Source: an uncultured archaeon (GTDB lineage: Archaea; Thermoproteota; Bathyarchaeia; Bathyarchaeales; Bathycorpusculaceae). Taken from it: DNA of 32,213 bases. A program made the position numbers and the translations under genes. Location: positions 1 to 32,213 of the forward strand of contig CAWALK010000005.1 of the NCBI GenBank assembly GCA_963782915.1. The letters run 5' to 3'. Shown here one piece after another: positions 17,856-25,072 of the stretch (position 1 is the first letter of the stretch; each line of letters begins with the position of its first letter). The notes beneath the pieces were generated by a model. It made no database searches, was not told where the DNA came from, and was given only the letters and a program-made list of their open reading frames with translations.

Positions 17856-20408
17856 AAAACTCTAAACAATAAAATCATCGCAAGTCTTATCGCAGTAATT
17901 CTAGTATCCTCAATGGCTATCGCAATCGGAAACCTACCCAATGCTAGCGCACACAACCCTGCTTGGGAAATCCCAACATGGTGCTACATGCAGGTTTCAC
18001 CAAACCCTGTCGGTTTGGGACAACCAGTAGCATTCGTCATTTGGAACACTCGTGTTCCTGACGGAGCGTTAGTAACTAACGACATCAGATGGAAAAACTA
18101 TACCATCGTTCTAACAAAACCTGATAACACAACCGAAGTTCTCGGTGGATTCAACTCTGACCCCACTGGTTCAACATACACACAATACACACCAAACCAA
18201 ATCGGCAATTGGACAGCTAAACTAATCTTCCCAGCACAAGTCCTCACAACAACAGGCACACTCGCAAACGACGTATTCAAAGAAAGCACGTACACAACCA
18301 CCTTCACAGTACAGCAAGACGCAATTTCCACCGTAAGCTACCAATATCCATTACCCACAGAATATTGGACTCGTCCAATCGAGGGTCAAAACAATGATTG
18401 GTTCACACTAGGCTCAAACTGGCTTCGAGGCTCTCAAGTCCAGATCGCACCAAGCGGAACTGGAACTTCTGGCAGAGTTCAACTAGACGGTATTGCACCA
18501 AACAGTGGACACATCATGTGGACAACACCCCTTGAAGACGGCGGAGTAGTCGGTGGAACCAACACCGCTATCGACGGAAACGTCTTCTATTCTGGCACAC
18601 AATACAACCCACGCTTCAATAACGCAATCATTATGGGCGGAAGAATCTACTATTCTGAACCAAAGGAAAACACTGGCACAGGCGGCGACGTTGTATGCCG
18701 TGATCTACGAACTGGCGAAGAACTTTGGAGACGCAGCGACATTTCAATGTTCTCATTCGGTATGTACTACGCAATGGAATACTATAACCAGCACGGAGTT
18801 ATTCCACCAGGAGTACTATTCACAACATCAGGCAGCACAATAATCGCATACAACCCCCTCAACGGTCACGAGATGGGCTGGAACCTAACCAACGTTCCAA
18901 CCGGATCAATCGCTAACGAAGCAGTCGGTCCATCAGGCGAAATCCTAAGATACCAACTACAAAGCTACGGCACAGGCGCAAACCAAATCTACAAAATACA
19001 ACAATGGAACCTATCCAGAGCATACATCATCAACACTAACCCAACAAACCCAGCAACACTACAAGCAAACGCATCAGCATTCTATGACTTTAACCAAACA
19101 GTAACATACCAAGGCCAACCATTCAAAGTAACAGGCGCAAGCGCACAAGCAGTCATCTACAATGACCTATTACTATTCAGAAACGGCAGCCTACAAACAC
19201 AAACAAGCGGCAACGCACAACCATACACATACTTCGCAGTAGACATCAACGCATCACACACAACACTAGGCAACGTCATATGGATGAAAAACTATGACCA
19301 ACCAACCGGCAACCTAACCCTGCTCTCAACAGCAGCAGGCGACGGCGTTTGGACAATGATGTACAAAGAAACATACCAATGGATCGGATTCGACATGCAC
19401 ACCGGAGCAAAACTCTGGGACCACGCAGCAATGGACTTCTCTGAACTAGACTACAACCCATATGGCTACTACAGCTCAACCACCGGCAACATGCTAACAC
19501 ACGCAATCTACCAGGGCAAACTATACTCAACAGGCTACAGCGGAATGCTCTTCTGCTACGACCTCTACACTGGAAAACTCCTCTGGAAATATGAAGCTCC
19601 AGCAAACATGGAAGTTTTCAAGTACTACACACTACACATCGGCGCAGTCGCAGACGGAAAAGTCTACCTCGGCTCACACGAACACTCTGCAAGCACACCA
19701 CTACTCAAAGGCAACCTAGTAAGATGCGTCAACGCAACAGACGGAACTGAAATTTGGACTCTACCCGGATGGGCAGCAGCATACAGTCCAGTAGTTGCAG
19801 ACGGCTTCCTAGCATACGCCAACCTATACGACAACCAAGTTTACGTCGTCGGTAAAGGTCCAAGCGAAACCACAGTCGAAATCGAAGACAACGTTATCCA
19901 AAGCGGCAGCAGTGTAATGATCACAGGTACAGTAACAGACATCGCTTCAGGCACCACACAGACTGAACAAGCAGCACGTTTCCCCAACGGCGTCCCAGCA
20001 GTTTCAGATGCAAGCATGGGCCAATACATGGCATACGTCTACGAACAAAAACCGCTCCCAACAAACGTAACCGGTGTCCCAGTGACACTAAGCGTTGTTG
20101 ACGCAAACGGCAACTACAGAACCATCGGACAAACCACCACTAACGACGGATTCTTCAGCTTAAGCTGGAAACCAGACGTTGAAGGTGACTTCCAAGTCTA
20201 CGCTTCATTCGGCGGATCTGAATCATACTGGCCATCACATGCAATAACAGCATTCACCGTTGACTCTGCAGCAGCAACACCAGCACCAACACAAACACCA
20301 GCAACACCAATATCTGAGCAATACTTCGTCCCAGCAATCGCAGGTCTACTCGTTGCAATCATCGTGGTCGGTCTATTGACCATCATGATGCTCAAGAAGC
20401 ACCCATAA
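17853..20408 (+). CDS. Secreted, C-terminally anchored PQQ-like beta-propeller surface protein (paralogue 1)
   Basis: Signal peptide; Ig-like SPNPVGLGQ domain; repeats DLRTGEELW, DMHTGAKLW, DLYTGKLLW, NATDGTEIW; RFPNGVPAVSD; P/T linker; TM helix and KKHP. TTG start at 17853 follows the shared leader motif (ORF track 17835). Confidence 0.88.
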   Translation: MKTLNNKIIASLIAVILVSSMAIAIGNLPNASAHNPAWEIPTWCYMQVSPNPVGLGQPVAFVIWNTRVPDGALVTNDIRWKNYTIVLTKPDNTTEVLGGFNSDPTGSTYTQYTPNQIGNWTAKLIFPAQVLTTTGTLANDVFKESTYTTTFTVQQDAISTVSYQYPLPTEYWTRPIEGQNNDWFTLGSNWLRGSQVQIAPSGTGTSGRVQLDGIAPNSGHIMWTTPLEDGGVVGGTNTAIDGNVFYSGTQYNPRFNNAIIMGGRIYYSEPKENTGTGGDVVCRDLRTGEELWRRSDISMFSFGMYYAMEYYNQHGVIPPGVLFTTSGSTIIAYNPLNGHEMGWNLTNVPTGSIANEAVGPSGEILRYQLQSYGTGANQIYKIQQWNLSRAYIINTNPTNPATLQANASAFYDFNQTVTYQGQPFKVTGASAQAVIYNDLLLFRNGSLQTQTSGNAQPYTYFAVDINASHTTLGNVIWMKNYDQPTGNLTLLSTAAGDGVWTMMYKETYQWIGFDMHTGAKLWDHAAMDFSELDYNPYGYYSSTTGNMLTHAIYQGKLYSTGYSGMLFCYDLYTGKLLWKYEAPANMEVFKYYTLHIGAVADGKVYLGSHEHSASTPLLKGNLVRCVNATDGTEIWTLPGWAAAYSPVVADGFLAYANLYDNQVYVVGKGPSETTVEIEDNVIQSGSSVMITGTVTDIASGTTQTEQAARFPNGVPAVSDASMGQYMAYVYEQKPLPTNVTGVPVTLSVVDANGNYRTIGQTTTNDGFFSLSWKPDVEGDFQVYASFGGSESYWPSHAITAFTVDSAAATPAPTQTPATPISEQYFVPAIAGLLVAIIVVGLLTIMMLKKHP

Positions 20409-20429
20409 ATAACAAACATAAAAACAAAA

Positions 20430-20455
20430 CTTTCCCACCCTTTTTTAGTTTAAAT
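20430..20455 (+). terminator. Conserved pyrimidine/oligo-T tract after beta-propeller gene 1 (putative terminator or processing site)
   Basis: CTTTCCCACCCTTTTTTAGTTTAAAT; near-identical tracts at 27676-27701 and 31609-31635. Confidence 0.6.
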
Positions 20456-20463
20456 GGTAAGTC

Positions 20464-20579
20464 AACTGGGGCTGAGAAGGCGACTGGTTACGATTTACGA
20501 TGTTTGCAATCATCGTGGATCTAATTTGCAGTTGTGTTCTACTCTCCTTAATGGTCCAGTCGCCTCAGCAAACCCAGTT
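20464..20579 (+). ncRNA. Putative structured ncRNA, copy A of a 4-copy family
   Basis: AACTGGG/CCCAGTT; GCTG/CAGC with an AAA bulge; perfect AGGCGACTGG (20478-87)/CCAGTCGCCT (20556-65); inner ACGATG/CATCGT hairpin with TTTGCAAT loop; TTTGCA...CTCTCCTTAA segment. Confidence 0.7.
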
Positions 20580-20644
20580 AACAGTGCCAAATTTTAGTTA
20601 TGCCAAGCGACGATTTATTTAATTAGCTTTAGATTTGAAGCCGT

Positions 20645-21601
20645 TTAGAAGGTTGAGAGGAATTCTCTACGGAGTGGCCATACAGGAAATAATCTGGAAA
20701 CAGATATCTCCCAATTAGTTAGGTTATTTATTGCCAGAATCTGCTCCTTGAAACCCACAAATTGGTCAATATCTCTAATCATCAAGCTCGCTATGCAATC
20801 AAATTTGCCGCTGGTTTTATGAATAAAGTTAATGTCAGGAGATTGAGAAATGGCTTCTACACTCCTGCTGAGGTTATCTTGAGAGAATGATAATTTGAAG
20901 AGAGCAAAAGCCCTGTACCCAATTTTTAAGGGGTTGATTTGAATTACTGGTTTTATGTCTTTGTTGCGCTTGAGTTTTCCGTATCTTCTAATAACGGTAT
21001 CTGTTGAGATGCCGAGTTCTTTACTGATATTGCAAAATGGGGTTCGCCCATTTGTTACCAATTTTTCAATTATGAATTTGTCAATATCATCAATTTCGAT
21101 ACGATTGATTTCTTTGTCTGTGCTTTGATCATTTTCTCCAGCAACTGCGTTAGCTAGTACAGATAGATTATCTGGGTTGTTACACATTCCTAGCCAAACT
21201 TGAGCTTCTACCTCTAGGACGTAGGGTAATTGCTTGATGGATTGTTTAGTTTGCTCTATCTCCTGCATTGTTTTTACGGTGAATATCGCGCTAAGGTTTG
21301 GATTAACTCCTTCAGGATAAACTTCAATCACGTTGGCTGCATCGTTGAGAAGCTTGATAACATAATCTGCCTTGTGTAGTTGAGTGTAAATGTTGAAGGT
21401 TGCGACAAAATTGCTGTTGTAACAGGCGCAACTGTTTTGGATGGTTGCTCCAACGATTATGCCTTGTTTTTTCATTTGTTTGTATCTGTTAGCGATGACT
21501 TCTTTGGATACGTTGCATTGTTGGGCGATGGCTGTGAAGCTTTTCCGTCCATCTTTTAGCAGTTCTTTTAGGATTGTTGCGTTAATGCGGTCGATCTTCA
21601 T
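20645..21601 (-). CDS. Lrp/AsnC family regulator with two tandem HTH+RAM units
   Basis: IDRINATILKELLKDGRKSFTAIA...VS...R and IDDIDKFIIEKLVTNGRTPF..ISKELGISTDTVIRR; C-terminal TSGKFD. Confidence 0.88.
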   Translation of the reverse strand: MKIDRINATILKELLKDGRKSFTAIAQQCNVSKEVIANRYKQMKKQGIIVGATIQNSCACYNSNFVATFNIYTQLHKADYVIKLLNDAANVIEVYPEGVNPNLSAIFTVKTMQEIEQTKQSIKQLPYVLEVEAQVWLGMCNNPDNLSVLANAVAGENDQSTDKEINRIEIDDIDKFIIEKLVTNGRTPFCNISKELGISTDTVIRRYGKLKRNKDIKPVIQINPLKIGYRAFALFKLSFSQDNLSRSVEAISQSPDINFIHKTSGKFDCIASLMIRDIDQFVGFKEQILAINNLTNWEISVSRLFPVWPLRREFLSTF

Positions 21602-21787
21602 GGATGGTTGCTTCCGATTGTTTGCTTTCTGTTAATGATTGGTTTGACAACGTCTTAAATTACTTTCGGAAATAATGAAAATTCGCACCTGAATTCTTTA
21701 ATTCTTTCCATTTTTATAGTATGTCAGTCGAAAAAACTATATAATAAATTAAAGAAAAATATGGCAAAACGATAGATTAAGATAAAA

Positions 21788-21893
21788 CGGGCTGAATAGG
21801 CGCTGGTAAGTATCACGATATTGCCTGCCCGGTGTTTCGTGGAGAGCTTTTGCATTTAGCTCTTACTCCTTATCCAGAGCCTCAGCAAACCAC
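21788..21893 (+). ncRNA. Putative structured ncRNA, copy D (stand-alone)
   Basis: GGGCTGAATAGGCGCTGG ... CACGATATTG-CCTGCC-CGGTGTTTCGTG ... TTTTGCATTTAGCTCTTACTCCTTAT CCAGAGCCTCAGCAAACC, with the same order of elements as copy A. Confidence 0.65.
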
Positions 21894-22064
21894 AAAAACG
21901 TAGTTACTATTAACCGGCCGCTGATACCACATTATCAATCCTTAGCGGATGCACATGCCTCTGAGGATAGCTTGGTTTTGCTTAGGTTTTACGAATTACC
22001 CGCACAGAGATGCTTAGACAGCAATTAAAATATACCAAGTAAACATTGACTTGCTGGGTAAGCT

Positions 22065-22257
22065 ATGAAGCGAAAGAGCCTGCGAAAATTCAGCATAAAA
22101 AAGAACCTAACTGCATTTTTAGGTTTGTCCCTTGTTTCGCTTGTTGTATTCGGGTTCATAGCACTCAACGGGCAAGATTCAAGAGGCGGTGGCTGCGTTT
22201 TCTGGTAGTCAACCCCAACTCGACGGTATCACCTTTATGATTATGAAAGTGACTTAG
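22065..22257 (+). pseudogene. Internally deleted membrane sensor-PP2C (SpoIIE/RsbU-type) phosphatase remnant
   Basis: ATG 22065 gives MKRKSLRKFSIKKNLTAFLGLSLVSLVVFGFIALNG (N-terminal TM helix). It is followed in another frame by 22177-22257 IQEAVAAFSGSQPQLDGITFMIMKVT*, matching the PP2C C-terminal F.G..PQ.DDIT...K pattern. It lies directly upstream of the RsbW/RsbV-like genes. Confidence 0.72.
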
Positions 22258-22266
22258 AAGGCTTGA

Positions 22267-22704
22267 ATGATGAAAGACAGCGATGGATGGTTTGAACTTA
22301 AAATAGAAAGTGACCTAAAGAACCTAGAAATTGTAGCGGATTTCATAACTAAAACCATGCGTGAATCAGGCGCACAAAATGAAAAAGACATATTCGATGT
22401 CCAATTAGCCGTAGACGAAGCCTTAACAAACATAATCGAACACGCTTACGCCGGCATTAAAGGCGGCAAAATCACAGTACAATGCCGACTATCAGAATCA
22501 AAAAAAGAGTTCATAGTTAAACTTAAAGACTCAGGCAAACCCTTTGATCCCCAAACTGTCGCTTCTCCAGACACCGACGCCGAATTAGAGGAACGCAAAG
22601 TCGGCGGATTGGGAATTTACTTCATGAAACAGCTTATGCAAACCGTTAAATACGCCATCAACGACAAGGAAAACGAATTAACGATGGCTAAGATTCTTAG
22701 CTGA
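22267..22704 (+). CDS. RsbW/SpoIIAB-like anti-sigma-factor Ser/Thr kinase (HATPase_c_2)
   Basis: QLAVDEALTNIIEHAY (N box), DSGKPFDP (G1), RKVGGLGIYFMKQLM (G2), NELTM. Confidence 0.9.
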   Translation: MMKDSDGWFELKIESDLKNLEIVADFITKTMRESGAQNEKDIFDVQLAVDEALTNIIEHAYAGIKGGKITVQCRLSESKKEFIVKLKDSGKPFDPQTVASPDTDAELEERKVGGLGIYFMKQLMQTVKYAINDKENELTMAKILS

Positions 22705-22714
22705 GGGTTTAACG

Positions 22715-23050
22715 ATGAGTGTTGAAGTTAAAACTGTGGGCGACGTAAAAATTATTTGTATCATGAAACGATTTGATGCTTATACTGCAAACCAGGTTGA
22801 GGCAGAATTAACAAGACTTATTGCGGAAGGTTCTCGCAAGATAGTGTGCGATTTCTCACAAACAGAGTACCTTGCCAGTGCTGGACTTCGCGTGCTCATA
22901 ACTGCCACCAGAAGCCTCCAGAAAGTAGGCGGCAAAATTGTGCTCTGCTCAGTCAAGCCCTATGTGCTCGAAGTCTTCGAAATATCTGGCTTAAAGAAGA
23001 TCTTCAAAATATTCGATTCCACCGACGCCGCCCTACAAGAACTAAAATAA
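22715..23050 (+). CDS. STAS-domain anti-anti-sigma factor (RsbV/SpoIIAA-like)
   Basis: RFDAYTA, DFSQTEYLASAGLRVL (phosphoacceptor Ser kept), VFEISGL. Confidence 0.9.
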   Translation: MSVEVKTVGDVKIICIMKRFDAYTANQVEAELTRLIAEGSRKIVCDFSQTEYLASAGLRVLITATRSLQKVGGKIVLCSVKPYVLEVFEISGLKKIFKIFDSTDAALQELK

Positions 23051-23053
23051 ACG

Positions 23054-24787
23054 GTGCCTAAGATGAAATTAACCAGTTCCGATCTTCTCTTAAAATATCT
23101 TGAGAACGAAGGCGTCGAATACATATTCGGTGTCCCCGGACTCAGCTTAATCCCCCTTTTCGAGGCATGCAATCGAAACCCAAAGATCAAGCCGATCCTC
23201 GCCAAACACGAGGAAGGAGCCGCATTCATGGCAGACGGCTATGCCCGAGTCAAGGGAACCTTAGGCGTATGCTTTGCTACCTCAGGTCCAGGCGCAACTA
23301 ACCTCATAACTGGAGTTGCAACCTCCTATCTCGATAACATCCCAGTTATGGTATTAACTGGTCAAGTTGCAACTTCGTTATCAGGCGGCGGCGCTTTTCA
23401 GGATTCCACCAAAAACGGTGTCGACTCGGTAGCCATGTTTGACCCAATTACAAAGTACAGCACTATGATTCTTTCTAAGTATAGAGCTCCTGAAGAGATC
23501 CGTGAAGCCCTCAGAATGGCATTAACGGGCAAAAAAGGCCCCGTACATTTGAGTATGCCCAAAGACGTGATGGCTGAAGAGATAGAATCCGAACTACCAA
23601 CATCTACCTCGTATAGGCCGCCTGCTGAGTACTTTGATCGCCGCATGGTGATTGAAGCCGCAGAGCAACTCGTAAACGCACAAAACCCTGTAATCTTGGT
23701 GGGCAGCGGCGCAGTGGCATCTGGGGCTTGTGAAGAAATCCGTGATTTAGCTGAAACTCTGCGCATCCCAGTTGCGACTTCACCCAAAGCAAAAGGAGCC
23801 TTCCCAGAAGATCATCCACTATCCTTGGGTGTGCTTGGTTTCTGCGGTTCTCCTGTTGCGGAAAACTGTCTAACTTCCGGTCAAACCGATGTGCTATTAG
23901 TTATTGGGCCTAGCCTAAACCAGATGACAACTATGTCATGGGACCCACGCTTAGCGCCAACCAAATGTTTAATCCATATAAACATTGACGCGACCGAAAT
24001 CGGCAGAAACTACAAAGTCGATATTCCATTAATTGGCGATGCCCGAACAATTATTAACGAAATCTCTTTCCGCATTATGAAATACATTGTGGATGAGCAA
24101 AGCCCAAAATGTGACGGAGCGGCAAGGGTTGGAGCTATACGACAGAAGGTGGGGATATGCGTATCACCCGAAAAGATGGAATCTAATAATATTCCAGTTT
24201 TGCCTCAACGCATGGTTAAGGAATTAGAACGCGCCTTGCCAGAAGACGCCATTCTATTCGTTGACACTGGAAATCCCATGTGCTGGGCTATTCACCATAT
24301 GCAAGTCCGCAGACCAGACTCTTTCATCTGTCCCTTCGGCCTTTTAACCATGGGTTACTCTACTGCCGCAGCTATAGGCGGAAAATTAGCTGCACCAAAC
24401 CGTCCAGTTGTATCTCTAGTTGGGGATGGTTGCTTCTTGATGAATGGCATGGAAGTAGCTACAGCCGTCAGCTATGATATTCCAGTCGTCTGGATAGTGC
24501 AGAATAATGCAAAACTTGGTTTGGTGCATGAGTTCCAGAGGTTGAATTTTGGCGAAAAAACTGTTGTTACCCGATTCAAGCCGATTGACGCTGCTAAAGT
24601 GGCTGAAGGATTAGGTGCCAAAGGGTACCATATCGAGCGGCCAGGTGAACTTGAAGCATTACTGCCTAAAGTTATTGAAGAGAATAAGCCGGCTGTTATC
24701 GACTGTAGAATTGCTGATGAGGTACCGCCGCTTGCTCCATTTGTTCAGGGCCTCAAGAACTTCTCCAGCCGCCTAGAAAATATGTAA
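23054..24787 (+). CDS. Thiamine pyrophosphate-dependent enzyme, acetolactate synthase large-subunit-like
   Basis: GVEYIFGVPG, KHEEGAAFMADGYAR, TSGPGATN, AFQD, GPVHLSMPKD, TPP motif GDGCFLMNGME...VQNN. Confidence 0.9.
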   Translation: MPKMKLTSSDLLLKYLENEGVEYIFGVPGLSLIPLFEACNRNPKIKPILAKHEEGAAFMADGYARVKGTLGVCFATSGPGATNLITGVATSYLDNIPVMVLTGQVATSLSGGGAFQDSTKNGVDSVAMFDPITKYSTMILSKYRAPEEIREALRMALTGKKGPVHLSMPKDVMAEEIESELPTSTSYRPPAEYFDRRMVIEAAEQLVNAQNPVILVGSGAVASGACEEIRDLAETLRIPVATSPKAKGAFPEDHPLSLGVLGFCGSPVAENCLTSGQTDVLLVIGPSLNQMTTMSWDPRLAPTKCLIHINIDATEIGRNYKVDIPLIGDARTIINEISFRIMKYIVDEQSPKCDGAARVGAIRQKVGICVSPEKMESNNIPVLPQRMVKELERALPEDAILFVDTGNPMCWAIHHMQVRRPDSFICPFGLLTMGYSTAAAIGGKLAAPNRPVVSLVGDGCFLMNGMEVATAVSYDIPVVWIVQNNAKLGLVHEFQRLNFGEKTVVTRFKPIDAAKVAEGLGAKGYHIERPGELEALLPKVIEENKPAVIDCRIADEVPPLAPFVQGLKNFSSRLENM

Positions 24788-24830
24788 GCCCTTCCGACTT
24801 CCTGGGGCTATTTTTTTTATTTCTCTATTT
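24786..24830 (+). terminator. Hairpin plus oligo-T terminator after the TPP enzyme gene
   Basis: AGCCC...GGGCT stem followed by ATTTTTTTTATTTCTC. Confidence 0.5.
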
Positions 24831-25072
24831 TGAGTTGAAGGGATCAGAGAAACTTCTGGAGAGAATTGATGATTTCAAAATAGTATCGTCACATTGAAAT
24901 TAGAATAGTTGGCGAAGTTCCTAGGTATTGTTCTAATCATTTAGTTTTGTAAAGTAACCGCCAGTTTTTGGTAATGGATGTTTTGTAGTGCTGTGGCTGT
25001 TGGTAACAAACGCATTGTTTTAAATATCAACCGCTGAAAAGTAAGGAAGCACAAACAAGGAGATAAGAAAAA

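Noticed and set aside
20503-20530. Pseudoknot between the TTGCAA loop and the downstream TTTGCA
   Set aside because: Possible in A, but not compensated in B or D, and copy C has no linker to span the stem.
20464-20586. H/ACA or C/D box guide RNA interpretation of the four-copy element (ACA after copies A and D; CTGA and CGATGA words)
   Set aside because: No pseudouridylation pocket 14-16 nt from the ACA, no tandem G-A K-turn, and the boxes are not in C-D'-C'-D order.
22046-22240. 64-aa ORF from the track
   Set aside because: It is a shadow frame over the PP2C deletion remnant, which is encoded in the other two frames.
23054-24787. Assigning the symbol ilvB
   Set aside because: The family is clear but there is no regulatory subunit or ilv context, so the substrate cannot be determined from sequence alone.
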